A DNA stretch of 64,000 nucleotides, taken from NCBI GenBank assembly GCA_973895155.1, contig OZ316891.1, forward strand, positions 32,375,208 to 32,439,207, read 5' to 3'. The notes under the pieces are model-generated. The model was not told where the DNA came from, did not search any database, and was given only the letters and a program-made list of their open reading frames with translations. This stretch comes from Marsupella aquatica (taxonomy: Eukaryota; Plantae; Marchantiophyta). The translations under genes were made by a program, and so were the position numbers. Positions 46,138 to 58,500 of the stretch are shown in pieces; the stretch's first letter is position 1; each line of letters begins with the position of its first letter.

Positions 46138-47998
46138 GGTGTTGTCGGGAAAAATGTTTGACAATTGAAGTGGAGTGTGCTAGATCTAGTCGACTTGCTT
46201 TTGTCCGGCTCGGAATGATTTAGTTCTCTGTTTGTGAAAGAAAGAAACAAAGAGGAATGTGGCGGCCTGGGGAGTATTTGAATTCATAAGGACATGTTGG
46301 AGATGGCAGTTGGAGGCGCGGAGGGCGTTAGAGGGATTCTTGGGAAAGAGTTGAGAGGAATGAGGAAACGAGAAGAGGAAGGCGAAGGGCAAAATGGAGG
46401 CAGTTGAAAAGTGATCAAGTAAAGAGGGGATAAGGAGGACGGGAGGAATAGGGCGAAAAGCTTTCAAAGGATGATCTATGCGCTCAGAAGTTTAGAGGAA
46501 AAAGGGGGAGATTCAGCTGAAAGGAAATGTTGTTGTAGTGTGGAGGTCTTGAGATTATTTTATTTTATTTTTTTGAGTGGCGGAGGCATCAGTGGTCGTT
46601 ACTCATTTGGTCGTGACTGCTATGGAAGTAACAGAGGTGATTGTTATAGTGGAGGGAGTGGGTGATGAGGTTCGACGATGGAATAGAGGGAAAGAGAGGA
46701 AATTGTTGAACAAAAAGGGCAGTATGTGCTTGCGCAAAGGAAGGGAGAAAAATGAAATGAACTGAAAGAGGTCGAGAGAATGCGAACTGTGAAAGCAGGT
46801 GGTGGTGGTGAATGTGGATAAGATAGGAGGGATGCGTGCCTGACCAGACTTTGGACCCGGATTACTGCTGCTATTGTCGTGGTTGTGGATTGAACTGTTG
46901 TCACCCAGAGGCCTTCAATTCAGTTCAATTTTGCTGATGTCCTGCAAAGAGCAGAAATTGCCAAAGAATTTGTTGTTGGCCTTGGCTGAGGAGAGGAACT
47001 GTGCGACTTGTAGGGGGGTATTTACAAAAGACAGGAACCAGGAAACAGTAATAGGAAATAGTAATAGGAAACAGTTACTGTTACCAGGAGAATTGGAGGT
47101 AAAAACCAAAAAAATCAGACCAAAAAAAGGATTCCAAACAATCAAAATTAAAGCCCATTTGAGTCATTTTCATTAAAACAGTCTCATTCCGGACGAAATA
47201 TCCCGTTGGGTAGTCCGACCCAAATTTGCGATGATTACCAGCGCCTAGCGCTGGTATCAATGAAGCGAATGGAAAGCTAGTAGGGTTTCATAGAAGAAGG
47301 AAAAATTCAACAAAAATCTACGTAACCTCAATCGAGAAGACAATGAGCGGCTGAAAACGAGGCAATTCAAATCAAAAGAGGCAGGGTCATACAACAACAA
47401 AATCCGAATCTCATTGCTAGTTTAAACCATACATTGGAGATTGAAAACCATACATTGGAGGAATGTATGGTTTTCCTCTCGATGGCTCAATCTCCAATGT
47501 ACGAAAACCATACATTGGAGATTGAGCCAATCACAAATTCATTTACTTCAAAAATGGTTGAAAAAATATCACCGAGATTACATGGGCGACGGAAAGCAAT
47601 GAGTATAAGTAGCGCCCAACACTAGCTTAAAACTACAAATCCCGCCCTTCCATGTGTAACGCCATGGAGAGGAAAATGGGTCGATCCAAAAAGCATTTCC
47701 TATAAAAATGAGCAAAAACATATTACCCAGATTACCAAATCCTAACAAAACATTAAGTACTGAAAAACGGATATAGAAAGCATCCAGCTTTAGCAGCGCT
47801 TGGCGCTAGCTTAAATATAGCTACCTAGGAACCTAATCGCTGTAGGGTTGAACTCCAAAATAACCTAAGCGACTGCAATTGGAACACCTTTAGCTCTGTG
47901 ATTGACAGTCATCATCGACTCCCGCCCTCGCCCGCTTGTAGTTTTTCTTGAATCCTAAACCCCTGAGCCGAATATAATTGGAAGAGGGAACTCAATGC

Positions 47999-48340
47999 TC
48001 ACCATGAGCTTGGCCAGGGCCCCGCAAAATTTGCATCAAGGAAGTCGACGCGCCCCAATTGCTCTTGCACACGACGTTCAATGGGCTGCTGACCATCAGC
48101 AGGAACGACTTGATGAAATGAGAACCGATCGTCAAATTTGCGTGGAGTCTGTCGGTCACCAGTCCACGGAATATTTCTCTCCCCAAGACTAATCGCCTCA
48201 TCGTAAGGAAGAGAATTACGGTTCTGAAAAGTTGATGTCTCGGTCTCAATGTCGACACAAACTGATTCGAAGGAGCTAAAGTGGCTCTCCACCGGTCGAA
48301 CTCGGGAAGCACTGAAGAAGGCAAGCATCTCGTCCAACAA
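47999..48340 (-). pseudogene. Conserved unknown cargo ORF, copy 1
   Basis: SRVRPVESHFSSFES...LPYDEAISLGERNIPW...RRVQEQLGRVDF matches ORF 53872-54312. Confidence 0.55.
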
Positions 48341-48985
48341 CATTGGTTCCCTCCTCTCCATGTGGTCGCACCTAGCTTGACAATGTCCACACGCAGGTCG
48401 ACAACATCTGCACCTTAACGTCCGCACCCAGCTCGACAACGTTCGCACCTTGCCCTAAAGTCTGCAACCAGATTGACAATGTCTGCACATTTATCGACAA
48501 TGTCCGCACCTTTCTCGACCGTCTCCAAAAGGTTGACATAGTGACTACCAAAGGACGGTCATCGGTGGACACCCGTAACATGCGAACTTCAACGGGCAGA
48601 GGACCGTTGAGTAAACAATCAAATTGCGACACGATTATTTTGAAACAGACCCAACTTAATTAGGTAACGACAATATACGGATGGCAACAGGATGGCGACA
48701 GAACGCATGAACAATATTATGATGTAAAGGTTCGTGGAAAACTGTGCACATTTGGGGAGCACCCGACGCTACTAAACGAAGAGACCAATTTAAAACCTTT
48801 TATATAAGAAATACATGTACCTCGATAATAGCGCCCGGTGCTACTAAAGACAACAAGTGGTTTTTAGATTTTTATTATGAGCATATGAAATGAAATACAT
48901 GTCTTTTCATAACAGCACCCGGCGCTAGTAAAATCTGGAAAAGAAAAATACATCAATTATCAGTTTCAGATTCTGATCCAGAGCT

Positions 48986-51520
48986 CTATGATCTGTCGGG
49001 AGGGACTGCTTCGTCATCGACATACTTGCTCTTAGAAAAGTCATCTATATACGGGTTTCTAACAAACTTTCTGTCAACTCCTCTTCGAAGGCGGAGACCT
49101 TTGTTTTCCCAGCACAGAGTCCTTTGACTATCCTCCTTCCTCGCAGCGTTCTCAGCGTAAGACAAATGGTTTCTTCGATGTATCCATTTCAAAACGTGAA
49201 ACTTTTCTTCTGAGTTGGAAGCGCTTTCTGGTATTTCATTCGGACCTGGGTAGATAACCAAGTAAGACAACCAATTGAAAGATACAATGAATAGTAAAAA
49301 ATGCATGAAGGAGCTGGAAAAGAGAAAGAAGCTTACGAGTTTCAGAACATTACTTGGAAGAGTCATCGCTATCACTCTCGCCAGCAGATTGCTCCTTACC
49401 CCCCCTGAGTTGTCTCCCCGTCCACTTCATCTGCTGTCCCCCCACTTGACTCATCATCGGAGTCAAAATTAAGTACAGACCGGAGCTTGTCCCTCTTTTT
49501 CTTTTCCGGTGGTTGAATTGGGGGAGGCAAGGTTTCTTCTTCCTTAGAAGAGAGTAGATTTAAGAACACCTTGGAACCAGTTTCAAGGAAATCCTTCTGA
49601 TTCTCCAGTCCAATTACAAACCTCCCAAAATAGTCTCCGGCTACAAAAGAGCTACCCGAACCAACTGTCCAATCTATGAAAATGTCCCGAGGACGAGTGA
49701 TGAGCTCTATCACAGACTGCATGAATCCAACCGACAAACGGGCATTCCCTACGAATTCCATCTCAGGTGTTGGATCTATATTGAGAGTGGGAAACCCAAT
49801 TAAATTAGTGATGGAGGGATCTTCTATAACAGACAGAGGTCTAAACCTCAAGTCCTTGGGTACTTTCCCTTTATGAGATACTCGGCAAAAGACGTCTAGC
49901 CTAAGCATGAATATCTGCGAGATAAACCAAGAATGATATGTCATTCCATGCATTCATACACATTCTTGAGTGTTAAAAACAGAGATCATGACTTGGAATT
50001 TACCTGTCGGTCAGTCTTTGGAGCATACATAGGAACTGAAATAACAACATTGTGTGTTGAGATGCAATGAAACTTCTTTGATTCTTGACATGCGGATATA
50101 ACCTGAGACATAGGATCGTACTCCCCATTATGCAAAACTGCTAGCATTCCGTCATCTGATAAAAATGGGTCCATTCCATGAAAGAACGATGTTGCCAGTG
50201 TGTGGTCGGGGGTATTCCATTTCGAGACTTTTCTATCTAGCAGCAATGGTTTCAGACCAGTAGGAAGGTAAATGAATCCTGCGTGTACTCCAAATGATCT
50301 TTCCTTCCCCCCATTGACAATTCCCTTGTCTCGATATCCCGACTTCATGAGGTCCTTTGCCCATTTCTCTACACCATTTACCCAGTCAGGCTTCTCCTCT
50401 TTGTTGAACGTTGTGTCATAGAATTCAGAGATGCTAGACTCAACCATGCAATGCCTTGAAAGAGTGTTTTTGACCAACTTCTCGTTGAACACCTGTTGCA
50501 GCCGCACTTTCCCGAGCGGAGGATGATCCACCTTCAATTGCCCTTTTTCGCTTCTTTCTAGTACTAATCGCATCTACTGGAGCAATTGACTTCCCTTTCT
50601 CGACGGGTGTAAGTGGGTCAGATGGAGGCCCTGTATTGGCTTCAGATGCCTCTGGGGTGGCATCTATCTTTGTATCGCCGCTGCCTATGGCGTTTGACTT
50701 TCTCCCTGCTCAAATGGAAGGCGATGTTAGAATTTGAGCGGATGGAAAATGCAAAGTATACTAACGCCCGGCGCTGGCCAAATTTCTTGAAGAGATGGAA
50801 GCAAATATAATATATATATATATATATATTCATGGAACAAATGAGACAAATGAAATCTAACATATATTGAATGGCATAGCAGCACCAGGCGCTAACCAAA
50901 GAACTACAAATTATACTTACATTTTTTCCCGAACCTTGTTGATTCACTTGGGACAGCAGTATCAGCTTTCCCTTTTGCGCGAGGCTTTTGGCTTCGGTCA
51001 ACGTGAACAACTGTGGTCTCACAATTCATTTGCAATTCTGTTGTGGACTTATCTACATCATCTGCTAGTCCCTGCTTCATGTCAGAAACAATATTGACTG
51101 GTATCTGGGACTTAGAGAGCTTGTGGAAAGCATCCTTTTCTCGGTGATCAAAGGGCGAGTCCCATCTGTCTGTATCTAGGTACCATGGACAGTGGGTTCT
51201 CTCCCATTCACTTAAAGGTTTCGCTGGGAAAATTCCCTCCGCGGGGTACATAGAGTACAAATCAGATAAATTGTCGCCTTCTGATATTACTGTCCACTTC
51301 TGAAAGGTGGCAGGATATGCCCAGAAGTAATCAGGTCTAGTTACTTCCATGTGGATGTAAAATCAGTAGAGATACCTTTTTGCTCGCTTCTGGTTCTTGA
51401 AAGTCCTCTTTGTCCGGATACTTTGAGGGCCACATTGTATTAAAAAACTTACTCTTCACCGAGTCTCCGTATCTCTTGAAATCATTCGTAACTATATCAA
51501 TGAGAGCTTTGAAAGATTCA
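48986..51520 (-). pseudogene. 3' half of the ParB-MTase-like gene, copy 1
   Basis: ORF pieces 51337-51537, 50904-51350, 49986-50573, 49396-49953 and 48986-49375 are homologous to 55133-57600; motif IFIDWTVGSGSSFVAGDYFGRFVIGLE; several frameshifts. Confidence 0.75.
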
Positions 51521-51690
51521 TGTGACGCCAATGACATGGTTCTTATTTTGTAATCTGATTAAGTAGGTTGCTGTATGCAAGGAGTAGCTATTGATATTGC
51601 TTAACAATTAGCAAGATGGCAAGAATGAGGGCAATCATGACGTTAAGAGTAGGGAAATAAAAGCTATGTCGCGGGTGATTGATGATCACA
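51521..51690 (+). repeat. Fragment homologous to 20240-20375 and 20698-20737 (CACTA-associated region)
   Basis: TGTGACGC..ATGACATGGT.CTTATT...GATTAAGTAGG...GCTATGTCGCGGGTG is shared. Confidence 0.8.
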
Positions 51691-51907
51691 TCTCTTTCAA
51701 TATGTCACCAAATCCGGATCTGTAAAGAGCATTGGAAAGATCTGGTCAAGGCGAGTAAAATTGATATAAAACATTCGAGAAACGGAGGTGTATTAAGAAA
51801 GATACGGCCTGATTAGTGTGACGGGTTAACTTGTGGCCGGAATTAGCGGATTCGGCTTCAGTTTCGGGTTAACCCAAGCTCGACCACGGCTTAGCTTATG
51901 TGAGCAT

Positions 51908-52074
51908 GGCTTCAGCTTAGCTCAGGTCAGCACGGCTTTAGCTTAGCTCAAGTAAGCACGGCTTCAGCTTAGCTCAAGTCAGCACAGCTTCAGCTTAGCT
52001 CAGGTCAGCACGGCTTTAGCTTAGCTCAGGTCAGCGCGGCTTCAGCTTAGCTCAGGTAAGCACGGCTTCAGCTT
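51908..52074. repeat. 26-bp minisatellite, 6 copies plus a partial
   Basis: Unit GGCTTCAGCTTAGCTCAGGTCAGCAC, flanked by degenerate GGGTTAG-rich sequence (51820-52320). Confidence 0.9.
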
Positions 52075-53871
52075 AGGCTTAACCCGGGTTCGGACTAGAT
52101 TGATCCCGGGTTAGACTTAACGCGGGTTAGCCTAAACTCGGGCTCAGGTTAGCATAGGTAAGCTTGGGTTCAGGCTCAGCTTAGGCTAGGTTAGCGGATA
52201 GCGGATAGCGGGTAGCGGGTAGCGGCCTAACCCGACACCACGGGTTAGCTCTACTCGGGTTAGATAGGATAGCTAGGTTAGCCAAACTCGGGCTAGCTAT
52301 GTAACTCGGGTTAGTGCAGGAGTGAGTACCCCCTCTCGGTTGCGGGGGCATAACTCTCTGTGTATTTGACCAAATCGGCTATAATTAACCTCGTTGGAAA
52401 GAGGAGCTCAAGCCACTTCCAACGCTGCTATCCACGCAGCAAATGGTTGAATAGAGAAATCAGGAGAGGAGGTGCAAGCTCGCAAAAACCATGGAGGAGG
52501 GCCAAATCCAAAGTACATAGCCAATTTGAGATAGAAATAAAGCTGCGAGTTAGGGTTCAGTAGTTAGAGATAGTGGCGGCTCTGTTAGGGCTGGGATGGG
52601 GCTCCAGCAGCGTAGCATCCACCCATTTGGGCTCAAGGAGAGAGTATATAGAGCAGCCCCCCGGTAGAGGCAGGGGGGACTTCAGTTGTGTGATCTCACT
52701 TAGACTGAGCAGCAGGGAGGAGCTCTGTGCAAGCAAGGCTGGACTTGGACGCTGCGTGTTGGGGAGAGCTTGGTGGTGCTATTACTCAGGGAGTAATCAG
52801 CCAAGCTTCACAGCAACGGGTTGCTAGGTTTGCGAGCTGGATTGTGGCTCTTTCTAGTGGGCAGCACAACTGGGTTCTTTTCCCCCGATACAGAGCCTTG
52901 GTGATAGGTGATGTATTGGTGATTGTAAACTGTGGGGAGGATGTCGATTTGATTTGTGGTGAGTACATTAGGGAGGAGGAGACATTGATTGAGGGGCAGC
53001 AGGAGGAGCATTTACAGTTCAGTCTGGCAAGGCTACGTGATCCATGGGGAGTCCTGGCCTTTGTCTGGTGGAGAGCACTAAGGGATCTATGGCCAGAGCG
53101 GAGCTTGCAGGGCAAGCGTGAGGCCGGGCCTCATTGCAATCTGGGGTAGACCGCCGTTAGGGGGGAATTTACAAACGACAGCAAACAGATAACAGTAATA
53201 GGAAATAGCAACTGGTACCAGTTAAAAGGAAACAATTACCAGTGAACAGTGTTTGGATGGTCGTGAACAGTGATCTTAAAAAAAGGTCTCAAAATCTCCA
53301 TTTGAAAGTACAAGAATAGAAAACAAAACCACCAAACCCTCGTGATAAATAAAAGAACAACACGGAAACAATTTTTTGAAACATAAAAGACGGCTGCCAA
53401 TTGAGATACACAAAATCCAAGACAAATACAAGTAGAAAAGAAAGGCCGGAATAAACATTCGCATATATTATCGCAAAATAGAAAACGCGCTCGGCTTAAG
53501 TGATACAAAATGCAGTTATCAACATCAACAATCTGGCCTAAAAATCCCATCCATGAAGTCACAGTCGACACTGTTGGAGGTTTTCGACTAATACATGAAC
53601 AGCGCTCGGCGCTAGCCAAAAACTAACTAGAAAACTAGTCGTTTCTTGGAGACAAGATGCGTCCAAACCTAGACAACATAGTCAAGATCCATTCCCTCCC
53701 ACAAAATCCGTTGTCGTTTCAATAGCGCCCGGCGCTAGCCAAAACCTAAATAGTAGACAACCGGGAAAACTCTAACGCCAGAGCTGAGGTCGACTTCAAT
53801 GCCACAAAATCCGGAAAACTTTAGCAGCGCCCGGCGCTAGCTTAAAGCGATCAGCAAAACGAAATTTCCAT

Positions 53872-54312
53872 CTAGCTTTCCGAGTTGCAATCATCATCCA
53901 CTCCTGCTGCTTCTCTCCGCCGATCTTTCTTGAAGCCGAGACCACGCAAATGAACGTATCCCTCTAAAGGTCCTCGATGAACAGCCCTCGTAAAATGTTC
54001 AATAGGAATATTACTGTCCTTAAAATCAACTCGCCCGAACATTTCTTGTACTCTTCGATCGATTGGGAGTACCCCATCAACAAGAACTCCCGGGTGAGAC
54101 GAAAACCGACTAGAGAACGGAGGCACAGGGGAATCGACAATCCAAGGGATGTTCTTCTCTCCAGGACTAATAGCCTCATCATACGGGAGAGCATGACGGT
54201 TCCAAAAAGTGGAAGTTTCAGTTTCTTTAGTCTCCATCCGTGATTCAAAAGAGCTAAAATGGCTCTCTTCCGGACGCACACGAGAAGGACAAAAAGCTGC
54301 CTCCCAATCCAT
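53872..54312 (-). CDS. Conserved unknown cargo ORF, copy 2
   Basis: 146-aa frame conserved at the protein level with 47999-48340; the start or exon boundary is uncertain. Confidence 0.55.
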   Translation of the reverse strand: MDWEAAFCPSRVRPEESHFSSFESRMETKETETSTFWNRHALPYDEAISPGEKNIPWIVDSPVPPFSSRFSSHPGVLVDGVLPIDRRVQEMFGRVDFKDSNIPIEHFTRAVHRGPLEGYVHLRGLGFKKDRRREAAGVDDDCNSES

Positions 54313-54479
54313 TGGCTCATACTAACTCGCCATGTTTCAAAGATCCTGATCTAATATGTAACCTCTCCTCCCGTAAGAACGTCGTCCGCGAGTGCTATAG
54401 CCGACAAAGGTCAAAGAAAGGTCCGCAAAGACTAAGACACCAGATAAAGGTCCGCGTACACTACCGTTCCAAAACGACC

Positions 54480-54780
54480 ATCAAACTATCATCGTCCCAT
54501 TCTATTGCCTCCCAAAACTATCTTCGCCTTGGTAACAGGTATCGTCCCGTTCTATCGCCCTGCTCTAACGTCTCGTTCTATCATCTTCCCCGAAACAAAG
54601 TCTTCCCAAACAAACTATCGTCCCGTTCTATCGTCACGTTCTATCGTCCTCCCAAAACAAAGTCTCCCCTCCCGTTCTATCATCCCGTTCTATTGTCCCG
54701 TTCTATCGTCCCATTCTATCGTCCTCCCGAAACTATCGTTGTCCTCAACTATCAACGTCCCCAACTCTCGTCGTCCCGAA
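54480..54780. repeat. Degenerate 14-bp repeat array
   Basis: Unit TATCGTCCCGTTC(T), more than 10 imperfect copies. Confidence 0.8.
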
Positions 54781-55132
54781 TAAACCTAAACTGAAACTAT
54801 AGTCGTCCCTTCCGCCCGGTCCCTAAACTATGGAATCATCATCCCGAAACTATGGTCCCCAACGGCTTTCCGACGACTGACTAAAGAACACAATCCAAAT
54901 GGCAGTTGGTATCCAATGACGATGACCGTTGACAGGAAACGACAAAGACTAAACGGCCATTTAGAGATTCCATTTGGCGAGTGCCAGGCGCTTGTAAAGA
55001 ACAGAAGTCAAAAGTAATCAACAAGTAGAGAGAAATCAACAATTTAAAAGGACCCTCAGCAGAGGGAAATAATACAGATGTTACAAGCATCGGGCGCTGC
55101 TAAAAGATTTAGCCTCAACTACCCACTACTTC

Positions 55133-55440
55133 TCACGGTTCCAAAGATTCTGAGTCGGAACCAGAATCTGTACTCTGGGATCTGTCCGTGGACACAACCT
55201 CATCATCTACGTATTGGCTGCGGGAGAAGTCATCAACATAAGGATGTTTAATGAACTTTCGGTCAACACCCCTTCGTAACCAAAGACCTTTGTTTTCCCA
55301 ACAAAGTGTCCTTGCACTTTCTGCTTTCCTTGCGGCTTTCTTTGCATAGGAGGGAAGAACAAACAGTTTTTCCGGTGTTTCTACGTTGTGTCTCGCGATC
55401 TTCCTCCGCAGTTTGAATCGTCTCCTTGCATTCCACTCTG
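55133..55440 (-). CDS. Probable terminal exon of the ParB-MTase gene (unknown domain)
   Basis: RTLCWENKGL.LRRGVDRKF...PY.DDFS conserved with 48986-49250. Confidence 0.5.
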
Positions 55441-55546
55441 ACCTGATATAACAAAGTCCATTTTGTAAGGCGCCTTTCCCCAAAACAACAAAAGAAATGT
55501 TATGAATTGACGGGAATGGAGAAAGAAGCTTACGAGTTTATGAACA

Positions 55547-58500
55547 TTACTCGGAAGAGTCATCACTATCGGTTTCATCTGCAGCTGCACGACGCTCTCC
55601 CTTTTCCTCCTCGGAGTTTCTTGTACCTTGTTCCTCTCCACCTTCACTCGATTCATCATCAGAATCAAAATTGAGAACCGACCGAAGCTTATCTCTCTTT
55701 TTTCTGTCGGCAGTAGGAACAGGTGGAGGTAACACTGCAATCTCTTTGGGAGACAACAAATCCATGAAAACCTTTGAAGCGGTTTCAATAAATTCTTTCC
55801 GGTGTTCTATCCCGAGTACAAATCGTCCAGAGAAGTCGCCAGCAATGTAAGAGCTTCCAGCCCCAGCAGTCCAATCCATAAAAATATCACGAGGTCGTGT
55901 GACAAGCTCTATAACAGATTGCATAAAACCCACAGACAGACGAGCATTTCCAGCAAACTCCATTTGCGGGAATGGATCTGATTTGAGCGAAGAGAGTCCG
56001 ATCAAATTGGTAACCAAAGGGTCCTCACTGATGGACAGCGGCCAAAATTTGGGGTCTTTGGGAATTTTACATTTCCCATTAATTCGGCCAAATATGTCGA
56101 GCCTGAGGGTAAACATCTCTTGGTCTGTCTTTGCCGCATACATCGGGTCAGACATCACAACATTATGCGAGCATATACACTGAAATTTCCTTGACTCCTG
56201 ACAGGCAGCAATGACTTGCGACATGGGATCGTACTCCCCATTGTGTAGAATTACAAGGAACCCATCATTTGAAAAAAATGGATCCATGGATTTGAAAAAA
56301 GATCTAGCCATTGAGTGATCTGGAATGTTCCATTTAGGAACCTTCTTATCAATGATAGATGGTTTGAACCCGATCGGTAGGTAAATGAAGCCGGCATCCA
56401 CTCCAAACGATCTTACTTTTCCCCCCCGAACAACTCCCTTCTCTTTAAATCCCAACTTAACGAGGTCTTTTCCCCATTTCTCCACATCACTAACCCACTC
56501 GGGCTTCTCCTCCTTGTTGAAGGTCGAGTCAAAAAATTCAGAAAGGCTTGTCTCAACCATGCAATGGCGAGACACAGTTGTTTTGAAGTTTCCAACTTCA
56601 CGTTGGAAACCAGAAGCTATAACACTCTCCCTTAAAGATTGTCCACCTTTGACAGCTCTCTTTCGTTTCTTCCTGGTACTCGTGGCGTCGATAGAAACTA
56701 TAACCTTCGCTTTGTCGACTGGAGTAATGGGGTCCGATCGAGCTCCCATGTTTGCCTCGGAAACTTCAGGTGTAGCATCCTTTTTCGTATCTCCCGTTTC
56801 CACCGTATTAGACTTCCTCCCTCCTAAAATATAACCAGGTTGTAGTTAGAATAAGTACTTTTAAAGTATTGAAAGAAGCTAGCGCCTGACGCTAACCAAA
56901 TGCAATTCACTTAAGTCGCAACCGAAGCCTAATAACCAAGAAAGAGAACAACCCTCAACAAAATATTTTTTGCCAGCGCCTGGCGCTGGCAAAATCATGG
57001 ATAGCAATACTTACTCTTCTTTCCAGATTTAGTAGACTTGCTCGGTGCTGCTAGCTCCGCTTTGGCTTTCGCGTGAGGTTTGCGACTCCGGTCCACATGC
57101 ACAACAGTTGTTTCACAGATAGTTTGCAAGTTTGTGGCAGACTTGTCTACATCGTCAAGTAGACCCTGCTTCATGTCGGACACAAGTTTTGTTGGCATCT
57201 GAGACTTTGAAAGCTTATGGAAGGCATCTTTTTCCCTTTGATCAAAAGGAGAATCCCATCTATCTGTATCTAGATACCAGGGGCAGTGAGTTCTCTCCCA
57301 TTCTGTCATTGGTCTCGGAGGAAATATGCCCTCCGTGGGGTACATAGAGTACAAATCAGCCAAGGCATCATCTTCACTTATTGAAATCCACTTCATAAAA
57401 GCTGCAGGATATGCCCAGAAGTAATCAGGTTTGGTTACCTCCATGTGCATGTAGAACCTATACACAAACCTCTTCGCTTGCTTCTGGTTTCTCTGGGTGT
57501 AATCTTCTTTGTCAGGGTACTTTGAAGGCCACATAGTGTGAAAGAACTTATTCTTCACGGAATCACCAAATCTCTTGAATTCATTTGTAACAAACTGAAC
57601 TAGATCATCAAACGAACTACAATTCCACTCTTCCAATCTATTCGCGGGCATGGTTTGCTCAACTTCACGTAGACATGAATGTAACATGCCAGCAACAATT
57701 CCCTCCACACTATTCCAAGTGATCCAAGTGTGGCACCACTGTTTGACTGGATCATCGTTAACACTTGCTGGGTGAAAAAACTGTCTCCGCAGCTCAGGAT
57801 TGCAATGTGCCACAAGTAAAGTGCTTCGTAACTTTGGGTCTAGAGCAGAAACAGCGGTGAACAATCGTGCACGGTCCATCGTACATACAACGGTGTCAGG
57901 CTTCTTCTCTCTCTTGTTTCTCTATGTGACAACATACATTTCTGCACATGTACTGAGGAAATCTTCAAATTCAGGACTTAATAAGGGCGTAATTTTTGAA
58001 GACTTCACTGCCCAATCTTTGGTTGCGTCTTTCATCATGGCCGCATGCCGTTTTGAAATCTCGTCCGCCAACCATGGACTCCCTTGAGCCTCCGCTGCCT
58101 CCATGTCGAGTTTGAATTGATGCGAGTACGACTTTATCTTATTCTCACAAAGAATGTAAACAAGTGCTTCTTGTGGCATCTTCTTCGTATACCATGACCC
58201 CTTCCGAGTTTTCAGCCGAATGCTTTCAAACTTCTTGAAATTACCCGGGTCAATCAGTTTACTGTAATACTCAAGGTCATGCGCCAGAATTCGTTTGATT
58301 CTGTTCGCATCCAGGATCCAGGAAGGCTCTACAACTGCTTGGCCAAGCCTACACAAACAAACGTTGAGAGTAAGAGTCAATGAAAAACAATTCATGTATA
58401 AGCAACGCCGAGCGCTAGTAAATACAGCACTCGCAAGATTTAAGGAAAGAACTGGAAATCATGAGAACTTACTGATTCACGGTGTGCATAGCTGCCTCAA

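Larger units (their letters stand above)
47013..51520. mobile_element. Mutator-like element, copy 1 (left terminus plus cargo genes, truncated)
   Basis: Starts GGGGGGTATTTACAAAAGACAG, matching the start at 53160; same gene order as 53160-57600. Confidence 0.75.

Noticed and set aside
46140-47011. Possible LTR starting TGTTGTC and short ORFs in GA-rich DNA
   Set aside because: No matching end, PBS or TSD; the ORFs are low-complexity.
50808-50829. (TA)n microsatellite
   Set aside because: Ordinary intronic simple repeat.
51721-53173. Possible solo LTR with TGTAAA...TTTACA ends
   Set aside because: No TSD (GGATC vs AACGA), and the TTTACA belongs to the GGGGGG-ATTTACAAA terminus shared with 47013.
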